A stretch of 64,000 bases of DNA, from NCBI GenBank assembly GCA_036847185.1, contig DAIUAM010000001.1, forward strand, positions 68,989-132,988, read 5' to 3'. Positions 56,100 through 64,000 of this stretch are shown piece after piece. This stretch comes from Actinomycetota bacterium (lineage in GTDB: Bacteria; Actinomycetota; UBA4738). Position numbers and translations under genes: made by a program. The stretch's first letter is position 1, and the number at the start of each line of letters is the position of its first letter. The notes beneath the pieces were generated by a model. The model was not told the DNA's origin. It searched no databases and was given only the letters and a program-made list of their open reading frames with translations.

Positions 56100-59000
56100 C
56101 TAGCTGCCTTCAGCGTGATCGGAGGAAGCCGCCACGTCGACCAGGGCCGGCCGTGGTCCGGCACCCAGACTGCTCAGGCGCTGGAGCCACGGCTGCGCGC
56201 GCAGCCGTTCGAAGATCTCCCGGCTCTCGGTGACCAGCGGCCTCGCCTCCGACTCCCGGCCGGTGCCGGCGAGCCATTCCGCGTACTCCAACAGGATGAC
56301 GGCGAGCCAGAACGGCATCCCGAGCTCGCGGAACGATCCCACAGCTGACTTGAACCCGGGCGACACTCGCTCCGCGTCGCCACGGGCGATCGCCAGCCGC
56401 GCTCCGAACCGGACCCTGTGTGCGTCGACGAAAGGCGTCCTCTCGCCCGGATCGAGCCCGTCGATCAACGAAACGATCTTCTCGACCTTCGGCATGACGT
56501 CGGTTGCGAAGGCGGCCTCCGCCGCCTGGACCAGCCCCAGCTTCACGCCCGGATACTTCCATCCGATCTTGTCGGACACCTGGATGGCCCTCCACCCGGC
56601 TTCGAGTGCCTCCTCCGCCCTTCCCTGAGCCCGGAGGACCGACGACTGCGCCGCGGCGTAGATCGCCCGGTACTGCACATCCTCCGAGTCCTTCAACTCC
56701 GCGGCCTCGGCGAGCAGGAGGGCCGCCTCGGCAACCTCGCCGCGACTCAGGTGGACCTGGACAAGCGGCAGGATGTCCGACGAGACGAACTCGATCGATG
56801 CCAGGTCGGGCGTCTCCCGCACCCGCCGTCCCAGCTCCAGCGCTTCGTCCCATCGACCGGTCGACACGAGGGGGGAGATGCTGCATGAGAGGAACACACC
56901 CTCCCACGGCCGGTCGCCGATGCGCCGGGCCAGCTCGAGGGCCTGTTCGTTGATCCGCAGCCGCTCCTCGGGCCGGTCCTGATACGACTCCACGGACTCC
57001 CCAAGGTTGTAGGAAGCCCGCAGGGCCGCGGAGCCCATGCCGCGTTCCAGCGCCAGGCTCAGCGCGTGGCCGGTCAGCGCGATGTCCTCCTCGGTCCGCC
57101 CGCGGAAGGCCAGGACTCCCCCCTTGGTGATGAGTGCCTGGGCCAGGACTTCGGTGAGCGCCAGTCGCTGGGCGATCTCGATGGCCTGCTCGATGCGCTC
57201 GTCGGCCAGCCCCAGGTCGCCCTTCAACCAGTGAAGGCGCCCGAGCTGCGCGGCCAGCGCGGCCAGGTCCTCGTCGGGGTTGTCGGCGACCAGGACCCCA
57301 AACGCCTGCTCCATCCGTTGGATGGCCGCGTCGAGCCCGCGCCCGGAGAGTTGCTCGATCTCGCCGAGCCGGGCCGAGACGCGAGCCGCCGGGTGGGTCA
57401 GGCCCTGCGATCCGAAGGCCGCGATGGCCCGCTCGTAGTGCGACCGCGCGGCGTCGGCTCTGCCCGCCGCCCACGCCATGCGGCCCGCTCGCTCGTGCAG
57501 CTCGGCGTCGCGAACGGGATCCTGGGTGAGCTCGATGGCGTGTTCGAAGTACCGTTGAGCCTCCGCGCTCGCGGCCAATGACGCGGCCCGCTCGCCCGCC
57601 CGGGTCAGCATGTCCCGGGCCGTGTCCCTGATGGCCGGCGCGTCGTCAGCCTCGGGCGCCGACTGGTAGGCCTCGAGGTAGTGCGACGCGACGACCTCGA
57701 TGAGCTCCTCCTCGTCCGTACCCCACGTTTCCTCGATGAACGCCGCCGCCGCCAGGTGCCTCGCCTTCCGCTCCTTCTTGGAGAGTGTCTGGTAGGCGAT
57801 CCGCTTCACCAGGTCCTGCACAAAGCCGTACTGCCCCCGTTCGGGCGAGCGCGAATCTCGCTGCAGCGTCAGGACCTCCTTGCGAACCAGGGAAGCAAGC
57901 AGCTGGTCGAGGTCAGCCTGCGTCCAACCGGACAGCGCGGCCAGGCCCTCCTTGAAGAACGTCTTGCCCAGGACCGAGGCGTCCTGGATCAGCCGTCGTT
58001 CGTCCGGGCCGAGCCCGTCCAGCCGGGCAGCGATGAGCGCGTGGAGGCTACTGGGAACTTCCAGGCGCTCGACCGGACCGGTCGGCCGGTACACCGATCC
58101 CTCCCTCACGAGGAGCTCGCGGTCCAGGAGCATCCGAACCGTCTCCACCGCGTACAGCGGCACCCCCTCGGCCCGCTCCAGGATCCGCGCCTGCAGCTCC
58201 GGTGGCAGCCCGGGCACAAGGCCCTGAAGAAGCTCGTCCATCGCCGCGTTCGGCAAGGGCTCCAGGGACAGCGTCGTGGAGTTCCGGGCGGCGCCCCACG
58301 TCGGCCGGCGATCCGCAAGCTCGGGGCGGGCCAGCGCCAGCACGAAGATGGAGTGGTTCTTCGACCACTCGAGCAGATATTCGATGAAGTCGAGGAGCCC
58401 CTCGTCCGCCCACTGCATGTCCTCGAAGACCAGGACCACCGGAGCGCGGGTGGCCATCCGTTCGATGAACAGCCGCCAGGCGGAGAAGACGTCCTCTCTG
58501 GACGCCGCGCGCTCGCCCTCTTCGAGCCCCAGCAGGTGGCTCAGCCGCGGCTCCAGCCAGCGCGCCTCCGTCTCGTCCTGGCTGTTGCTCGCGATGGCCT
58601 CGCGGAGCTTGGCGACTGCGGTCGTCTGGTCTTCGCCTTCGATGATCCCGGCCCGCATCCGGATCATCTCCGCGAGCGCCCAGTACGCGACCCCTTCACC
58701 GTAGGTGAGGCACCGGCCCCGATGCCAAAGGACGCTTTCGGCCAGGCCGTCAACGTACTTGAAGAACTCCCACTGCAACCGCGACTTGCCCAGGCCGGCC
58801 ACGCCGATGACGGAGACGAGGTGCGCCGTCCCTTGCTCCGCAGACGCATGGAACAGATCCTTGATCATCCGAAGCTGGCGACCGCGGCCGGTGAAAGGAG
58901 GCTCCAGGCCGGTGGACTTCAGCGCTCCGCCCCGCAGGCCGACCACGCGAACGGCCCGCCACAACGGGATCGAAGCGGCCTTGCCCTTGAGCTCGTGCGT

Positions 59001-59723
59001 GCCGGCGTCTTCGTACACGACGGCCGCCTCGGTGGCCGTGCGGGTCGCCTCTCCGACGAGGACGGTGCCCGGCTGCGCCGCCGACTGGATCCGGGAGGCG
59101 GTGTTCACCATGTCGCCGGCGACCAGCCCCTGCCCCTGGGCGTCGGGAGTCACCGCCGCCTCACCGGTCAGGACGCCCGCTCGCGCCCGGAGGGCTCCGG
59201 CCCCGACCTCTTCGCCGAGGGCTGAGACGGCCGCCACGAGATCGAGGGCCGCCCGGACGGCGCGCTCGGCATCGTCCTCCTTCGTCACCGGAGCTCCCCA
59301 CACCGCCATGACCGCGTCGCCGATGAACTTCTCCACGGTGCCGCCGTACCGGGTGATCAGGGTCCGGCAGGTGTCGAAGTACCGCGTCAACAGGTCGCGC
59401 ACCTCCTCGGCATCGCGCTGCTCGGACAACGACGTGAAGCCGACGAGGTCGGCGAACAGCACCGAGACGAGCCGAAGCTCAGTGGAGGGTGTCTGGTCAG
59501 CCAGGGCGGCGGAGGCCGCCTGGCCGGGGGGCACCGGGGACCCACCAAGGGCGGCGCCGCATTCGCCGCAGAACCGCACTCCCTGCTCGTTGGCCGAGCC
59601 ACAGGTGGGGCAGACGAGGGCGAGCGGGCGTCCGCAGCCCCCGCAGAACTTGCGTCCTGGCGCGTTCGCCGTCCCGCAGCTCGAACAGATCACCGGCACC
59701 TCGATCGGGGCGGCCCGCCCCAC
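56100..59723 (-). CDS. Multidomain signalling protein: N-terminal double zinc-ribbon, class III adenylate/guanylate cyclase domain, AAA+/NB-ARC-like ATPase and TPR array
   Basis: 1207 aa with a GTG start. The zinc ribbons are CSSCGTANAPGRKFCGGCG and CPTCGSANEQGVRFCGECG. The cyclase core includes VLFADLVGFTSLSE, GDAVMAVWGAP and GEA. The P-loop NTPase has IGVAGLGKSRL and hhhhDD (LVFEDMQWAD). A long TPR region follows. There is no C-terminal LuxR HTH. Confidence 0.85.
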   Translation of the reverse strand: MGRAAPIEVPVICSSCGTANAPGRKFCGGCGRPLALVCPTCGSANEQGVRFCGECGAALGGSPVPPGQAASAALADQTPSTELRLVSVLFADLVGFTSLSEQRDAEEVRDLLTRYFDTCRTLITRYGGTVEKFIGDAVMAVWGAPVTKEDDAERAVRAALDLVAAVSALGEEVGAGALRARAGVLTGEAAVTPDAQGQGLVAGDMVNTASRIQSAAQPGTVLVGEATRTATEAAVVYEDAGTHELKGKAASIPLWRAVRVVGLRGGALKSTGLEPPFTGRGRQLRMIKDLFHASAEQGTAHLVSVIGVAGLGKSRLQWEFFKYVDGLAESVLWHRGRCLTYGEGVAYWALAEMIRMRAGIIEGEDQTTAVAKLREAIASNSQDETEARWLEPRLSHLLGLEEGERAASREDVFSAWRLFIERMATRAPVVLVFEDMQWADEGLLDFIEYLLEWSKNHSIFVLALARPELADRRPTWGAARNSTTLSLEPLPNAAMDELLQGLVPGLPPELQARILERAEGVPLYAVETVRMLLDRELLVREGSVYRPTGPVERLEVPSSLHALIAARLDGLGPDERRLIQDASVLGKTFFKEGLAALSGWTQADLDQLLASLVRKEVLTLQRDSRSPERGQYGFVQDLVKRIAYQTLSKKERKARHLAAAAFIEETWGTDEEELIEVVASHYLEAYQSAPEADDAPAIRDTARDMLTRAGERAASLAASAEAQRYFEHAIELTQDPVRDAELHERAGRMAWAAGRADAARSHYERAIAAFGSQGLTHPAARVSARLGEIEQLSGRGLDAAIQRMEQAFGVLVADNPDEDLAALAAQLGRLHWLKGDLGLADERIEQAIEIAQRLALTEVLAQALITKGGVLAFRGRTEEDIALTGHALSLALERGMGSAALRASYNLGESVESYQDRPEERLRINEQALELARRIGDRPWEGVFLSCSISPLVSTGRWDEALELGRRVRETPDLASIEFVSSDILPLVQVHLSRGEVAEAALLLAEAAELKDSEDVQYRAIYAAAQSSVLRAQGRAEEALEAGWRAIQVSDKIGWKYPGVKLGLVQAAEAAFATDVMPKVEKIVSLIDGLDPGERTPFVDAHRVRFGARLAIARGDAERVSPGFKSAVGSFRELGMPFWLAVILLEYAEWLAGTGRESEARPLVTESREIFERLRAQPWLQRLSSLGAGPRPALVDVAASSDHAEGS

Positions 59724-59873
59724 GTCCCTGAGTATGCGTGCAGCCTCTGAGGGTACTCGGGCCGATGACCTGGCGGAAGACTGAACGCCACATCGAGCGG
59801 AAGCGAGTCATCAGTCGGCTCGAACCTCCGGGCTGGCCTCGACACGTAGCGGCAGTGCCCGTAGGCTGCACCG

Positions 59874-60401
59874 GTGACCTCGCGACCGATCAGATTCATG
59901 CTCGTGGCTGCGGTAGTGGTGTTGGCCGGCTGTTCCGGAGGCAGCGGATCGACCGGCACCTCCCCGGGGGGACAAACCTCGAGCAGCTCCTCGTCGAACA
60001 CATCCGCGAGTCCGCCGTCGAGCGCGGCGATCGAAGCCGAGATCCGTTCGAACTGGCAAACCTTCTTCGAAGGCAGCACCTCCGCCGACCAGAAGGCGGC
60101 GGTCCTGCAGAACGGGGCCGCCTTCCTTCCGATCATCCGGGCACAGGCCGACACCGCGCTGGCGAAGAGCGTCAGCGTGACGATCTCCGGCGTCCAGATC
60201 ATCTCGGCGAACACCGCCATCGTGACCTACACGATCCTCCTGAACGACAAGCCGGCCCTGAACACCGTGAAGGGAGAGGCCGTGCTCGAGGGCGGGACGT
60301 GGAAGGTGAAGACCGGCAGCTTCTGCGGACTCCTCGGGCTGGAGGGCGTGAAGACGCCGTTGTGCCCAGCTGCCGGCGCCACCGGTTCCCCGACGCCCTG
60401 A
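59874..60401 (+). CDS. Lipoprotein, function unknown
   Basis: Lipobox VVVLAGC after the signal MTSRPIRFMLVAAV, then a Ser/Thr/Gly-rich linker (GGSGSTGTSPGGQTSSSSSSNTSASPPSS). A ~110-aa domain has two Cys near the C-terminus. The start could be ATG 59898. Confidence 0.6.
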   Translation: MTSRPIRFMLVAAVVVLAGCSGGSGSTGTSPGGQTSSSSSSNTSASPPSSAAIEAEIRSNWQTFFEGSTSADQKAAVLQNGAAFLPIIRAQADTALAKSVSVTISGVQIISANTAIVTYTILLNDKPALNTVKGEAVLEGGTWKVKTGSFCGLLGLEGVKTPLCPAAGATGSPTP

Positions 60402-60540
60402 CGGTCCGCAGATCCTGCCGAGCCGGCGATCGGCCGAGCGTGTCAGCTGATCCGCCAGTATGGGACAATGGCTAGCCGCGCCAGCGCAAACCATCGCCCG
60501 CGCCCGGAGACCCGACCGTACCCTCCCAAGAGGAAGCCGT

Positions 60541-61143
60541 ATGCAGAAGATCGGACCGAAACACCGGATGTGCCGCAGGGTCGGCGCCGCGGTCTGCGGG
60601 CGCCCGAACTGCCCGACGAACAAGCGGCCCTACCCACCCGGCCAGCACGGACGGGCCCGTCGCCGCCTCACGGAGTACCACCTGCGGATGCTCGAGAAGC
60701 AGAAGCTCCGTTCGATGTACGGGGTCGGGGAGCGGCAGTTCCGGCGGTACTTCGCCGAAGCCACGCGCCGTCAGGGCGTGACCGGCGAGGAACTGCTCCG
60801 GCTGCTCGAGACCCGTCTCGACGCCATGGTGCTTCGGCTGGGCTTCGCCCAGACGCTCCCCCAGGCCCGCCAGCTCGTGTCGCACGGACACGTCCTGCTG
60901 GACGGCAAGCAGGTCAACATCCCGTCCATCGCGGTCCGGCCCGGCCAGTCCATCGAGGCCACCCGAGCGGCGAAGAACTTCGTCTCGGTGCGCGAAGCAC
61001 TCGAGGTGACGCCCGATCCGCCTGTCTACCTGGAGCGGGACAAGGGCAACGTGAGCGGGAGCCTGACCCGGCTACCCGAGCGAGACGAGATCCCGCTGCC
61101 GGTCGAAGTGGACGAGCGGCTCATCGTCGAGTTCATGTCCTAG
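60541..61143 (+). CDS. rpsD: 30S ribosomal protein S4 (Cys-rich, probable zinc-ribbon N-terminus), standalone gene
   Basis: ATG is preceded by agaggaag. The protein has [25 protein letters not shown] then [19 protein letters not shown] and an S4 RNA-binding domain ([41 protein letters not shown]). The upstream 27 codons of ORF 60460..61143 were rejected. Confidence 0.85.
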   Translation: MQKIGPKHRMCRRVGAAVCGRPNCPTNKRPYPPGQHGRARRRLTEYHLRMLEKQKLRSMYGVGERQFRRYFAEATRRQGVTGEELLRLLETRLDAMVLRLGFAQTLPQARQLVSHGHVLLDGKQVNIPSIAVRPGQSIEATRAAKNFVSVREALEVTPDPPVYLERDKGNVSGSLTRLPERDEIPLPVEVDERLIVEFMS

Positions 61144-61180
61144 CACGAACGATCCGGGCGCAGCGGGCAGGTCGGACTCC

Positions 61181-62176
61181 GTGCCGCGGGCGCTGATCAC
61201 CGGGATCACGGGCCAGGACGGCCGGTACCTCGCCGAGTACCTCCACGGGCGAGGCTACGACGTCTTCGGCCTGGTCGCCGGCCAGGCCAATCCCCGGGGC
61301 GACGACGTGCGCGAGCAGTTCCCGTTCGTCGAGCTGATCGGGGGCGACCTGAGCGACCTCCCGTCCCTGATCGCGGCCGTCGAGCTCAGCCAGCCGGACG
61401 AGGTCTACAACCTGGGGGCCATCTCCTTCGTCGCGCTCTCGTTCAAGCAGCCGGAGCTGACGGCCAACGTGACCGGGCTGGGCGTCCTGCGGATGCTCCA
61501 CGCCATCCGGGTGGTGGGCGGGACCGGGCCGAAGAACTCGATCAAGTTCTATCAGGCCTCCTCCAGTGAGATGTTCGGACAGGTCCGTTCGTCGCCCCAG
61601 AACGAGGACACCCCGTTCCATCCGAGGAGCCCGTATGGCGTGTCGAAGGTGTTCGGGCATCACACCACGATCAACTACCGGGAGTCCTACGACCTCTTCG
61701 CCTGCAGCGGCATCCTGTTCAACCACGAGAGTCGTCGGAGGGGTCTCGAGTTCGTCACTCGGAAGGTCACGAACGCGGTGGCCAGGATCAAGCTCGGGCT
61801 CCAGAACGAACTGGCGCTGGGGAATCTCGATGCCAGGCGCGACTGGGGGTTCGCCGGCGACTACGTGCGCGCGATGTGGCTGATGCTGCAGCAGCCCGAA
61901 CCCGACGACTACGTCATCGGGACCGGCGTGACCCACTCCGTGCGCCAGATGGTGGCCGCGGCGTTCGTTGCCGCCGAGATCGAGGACTGGGAGAAGTACG
62001 TGGTCGTGGACGAGCGGTACCTGCGGCCCGCCGACGTCGAGGAGCTGGTCGCGGACGCCTCGAAGGCCCGCCGCGTGCTCGGCTGGGAGCCGACCGTGGG
62101 GTTCGACGAGCTGATCACCGGCATGGTGCGGTCCGATCTGGAGCTCGAACAGGAGAAGGCCACCCGGCACCGGTAG
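61181..62176 (+). CDS. gmd: GDP-mannose 4,6-dehydratase
   Basis: The motifs [18 protein letters not shown] (GxxGxxG), [10 protein letters not shown] and [19 protein letters not shown] (YxxxK) are present. 331 aa with a GTG start. Confidence 0.9.
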   Translation: MPRALITGITGQDGRYLAEYLHGRGYDVFGLVAGQANPRGDDVREQFPFVELIGGDLSDLPSLIAAVELSQPDEVYNLGAISFVALSFKQPELTANVTGLGVLRMLHAIRVVGGTGPKNSIKFYQASSSEMFGQVRSSPQNEDTPFHPRSPYGVSKVFGHHTTINYRESYDLFACSGILFNHESRRRGLEFVTRKVTNAVARIKLGLQNELALGNLDARRDWGFAGDYVRAMWLMLQQPEPDDYVIGTGVTHSVRQMVAAAFVAAEIEDWEKYVVVDERYLRPADVEELVADASKARRVLGWEPTVGFDELITGMVRSDLELEQEKATRHR

Positions 62177-62211
62177 GTGAGCAAGCTTGCATTATCCGGC
62201 CGTGGTGTGAG

Positions 62212-64000
62212 ATGAACTGCCCGGAGTCCATCCGGACTCCCGTCTTGTCGGGGGGCATCGCGTCGATGCGACGAGCACGTTCAGGGCAGTCTGCTGCGGG
62301 CGATCGCGAGTTCACGGGAACGCTGGTCTTCGGGATGGGCCTGGTCGGCGCGGCCGGCCTGAACTTCGTCTTCTCCTCGCTGATGGGCCGGATGCTGGCG
62401 CCGCCGGTGTTCGGCACTCTCGGCGTGCTCATCGCCGGCCTGCTCGCGCTGATCGGGCCGGTCAACGCGCTCTCCGGCGGGACCGAGATGTTCGCCGCGC
62501 TGCACGACCGCTTCCCCCGGGGACGCAAGCGGTTGGTCCTGCCGGGCGCGGCCGCGCTGGTGTGGGTGGCGACGATGTTCACCCATTCGACGACCGTTCG
62601 ATCCACCGGCTGGTTCGCACTCGGCGCGGCCTTCCTGGTCCTGCTGGCGTGGAACCGTGGCGCGCTGGTCGGCCTGGGCCGGTTCCAGTTCGTCGGGCTC
62701 ACCTTCGTGGTCGAAGGCGCGGCCCGGCTGGCGCTGCCGGTGGCGCTGGTCCTGTTCGGCTTCGGGCTGGAGGGCGCCTCGGCCGGGCTCGTGCTTGGGA
62801 TGCTGGTCGCGCTGATCTTCACCGAGGTGGCGATCCCCCGGATCTCGACCGGCACCAGCGAACCGCTCGGCCGTGATGTCTGGATCGCCCTGTTGGGACT
62901 ATTCGCCCTGGGGCTCACCCAGATCGTCGACGTCTTCGCGATCCGGCTGGCCAACCCGAACGCGTCCGGTGCCTACGTGGGTGCGGCGTCGCTGGCCCGC
63001 GTGGCCCTGTTCTCCCAAATGCCGGCCGCGGCGTATGCGCTCCGGCGGTCCGCCGTCGAAGGGCCCCGCCGGGCCCTGAAGCGGACGGCCATGCTGGCTA
63101 TCGTCCCCGGAACCGTTGCCGTGGGTCTGATCGAACTTGCACCCCGATTCCTGCTCCGCCTCACCTACGGGTCACGGTTCGTCGGTGCCACCGGAACGCT
63201 CCGCGTCCTCGGGCTCGCCATGCTCCTCGGCGGGTTCGCCACCATCCTGGCCCAGCTGCTCATGGGGCGCGGCGCCACCGGCTGGGTGTGGTCGATCATC
63301 CCAGTCACCTGCATAGGGACGGTGGCGATCATCACGCTCGCCCACGCGCCGACCTCGGTGGCCGTCTACTCGCTCTTCCTTCAGGGAGGCGCCTTCATGG
63401 CGATCGGCCTTCCCGCGCTCGCGTTGCTGCGCGAGGAGAGTGAATCCGGCGGCGTGCTGATCCTGAACTGGCGGGATACCCGTCATCCGCAGGGCGGTGG
63501 CTCGGAGGTCTACGTCGAACAAATAGCCACCCGCCTGGTCGCCGCCGGGCGCCCGGTGACTGTCTTCTGTGCAGCACACGACAATGCGCCGGCCATCGAG
63601 ACCCGGGGTGGCGTCCGATTCGTCCACCGGGGGTCGTGGCGGACCGTGTACTGGTGGGCCTTCGTCTACCACCTGCTCGGCCGGTTGGAGCCGCACGACT
63701 TCGTGATCGACGTGAAGAACGGGATTCCGTTCTTCGCGCCGGCCTACTGCCGTAAGCCGGTGATCTGCCTGGTGCACCACGTCCACGAGGCGCAATGGTC
63801 GATGAACTTCCCCCGGTGGATGGCCCGAGGTGGCTGGTGGGTCGAATCACGGCTGGCGCCTCGCGTGTATCGCTACACCCACCACGTCGCGGTGTCGGAA
63901 TCGACGCGCCTGGGGCTGATCGGCCTTGGGGTGCCGGCGATGGCCATCGACGTGGTCCCGAACGGCGCCCAGCCGCTTGAGGAGGTGGCGGGGAAGGCAC
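62212..64000 (+). CDS. Polytopic membrane protein fused to a GT4-family glycosyltransferase domain, 3'-truncated at the window end (not in ORF track)
   Basis: A frame open from before 62212 to 64000 with no stop. About 10 hydrophobic helices (GTLVFGMGLVGAAGLNFVF..., WFALGAAFLVLLAW..., LVLGMLVALIF..., VLGLAMLLGGFATILAQLLMG...) run to about 63420. A glycosyltransferase N-terminal domain then follows (GGVLILNWRDTRHPQGGGSEVYVEQIATRLVAAGRPVTVF...VICLVHHVHE). ATG 62212 or 62266 are possible starts. Confidence 0.55.
   Translation, partial: MNCPESIRTPVLSGGIASMRRARSGQSAAGDREFTGTLVFGMGLVGAAGLNFVFSSLMGRMLAPPVFGTLGVLIAGLLALIGPVNALSGGTEMFAALHDRFPRGRKRLVLPGAAALVWVATMFTHSTTVRSTGWFALGAAFLVLLAWNRGALVGLGRFQFVGLTFVVEGAARLALPVALVLFGFGLEGASAGLVLGMLVALIFTEVAIPRISTGTSEPLGRDVWIALLGLFALGLTQIVDVFAIRLANPNASGAYVGAASLARVALFSQMPAAAYALRRSAVEGPRRALKRTAMLAIVPGTVAVGLIELAPRFLLRLTYGSRFVGATGTLRVLGLAMLLGGFATILAQLLMGRGATGWVWSIIPVTCIGTVAIITLAHAPTSVAVYSLFLQGGAFMAIGLPALALLREESESGGVLILNWRDTRHPQGGGSEVYVEQIATRLVAAGRPVTVFCAAHDNAPAIETRGGVRFVHRGSWRTVYWWAFVYHLLGRLEPHDFVIDVKNGIPFFAPAYCRKPVICLVHHVHEAQWSMNFPRWMARGGWWVESRLAPRVYRYTHHVAVSESTRLGLIGLGVPAMAIDVVPNGAQPLEEVAGKA

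Noticed and set aside
1-64000. CRISPR arrays, insertion sequences, integrases, prophage, RM or toxin-antitoxin systems
   Set aside because: No spaced direct repeats were seen. No transposase, integrase, recombinase or phage structural gene signatures were seen. No attachment-site-like direct repeats flank the tRNA. The only repeats found are the short features listed.

Overview
This is a high-GC (about 70%) chromosomal segment that is almost certainly actinobacterial, with about 55 genes and few gaps between them. The evidence for that assignment is the mycobacterium-like gene order (ArsA-type ATPase)-whiB-ponA-metallophosphoesterase, WhiB regulators, and adnAB. I recognised no mobile elements, CRISPR arrays, restriction-modification systems or toxin-antitoxin pairs. 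Recognisable content, in order: an SDR oxidoreductase and a GNAT acetyltransferase; a nadC-nadA-nadB NAD-biosynthesis operon; an orphan family-5 ABC substrate-binding lipoprotein; a PIG-L deacetylase; a complete System I cytochrome c maturation cluster (ccmA-B-C-E-F-G-H-I) on the minus strand; an MBL-fold/double-rhodanese fusion; an anti-sigma-factor-type ATPase; two Crp/Fnr regulators; a small-protein/5-formyl-THF cyclo-ligase/fdhD operon; an M50 site-2 protease with CBS domains; the AdnB-AdnA helicase-nuclease pair; a MidA/NDUFAF7-family methyltransferase lying tail-to-tail with an orphan nuoD; an ABM-selA-selB selenocysteine operon; RidA; two WhiB-family genes; a secreted-hydrolase locus (frameshifted sulfatase-family gene, a phospholipase C whose signal peptide sits in another frame, and two convergent BNR/Asp-box proteins); a GYD protein; NfeD; a single-ORF fusion of two ArsA-like ATPases (the Rv3679-Rv3680 / BagAB type); PBP1A; YqeY; a metallophosphoesterase; a peptidoglycan amidase with tryptophan-rich beta-propeller-like repeats; tRNA-Pro(CGG); a large zinc-ribbon/class-III cyclase/AAA+/TPR protein; a lipoprotein; a standalone rpsD; gmd; and a 3'-truncated membrane-protein/GT4 glycosyltransferase ORF that the ORF track omits. 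Many of the long ORFs in the track are antisense or high-GC artefacts; true starts are usually internal and often GTG or TTG, which the track displays as M. Coordinates obtained by codon arithmetic from the ORF track are exact if my residue counts are right; those read directly off the sequence lines may be off by a few nucleotides.
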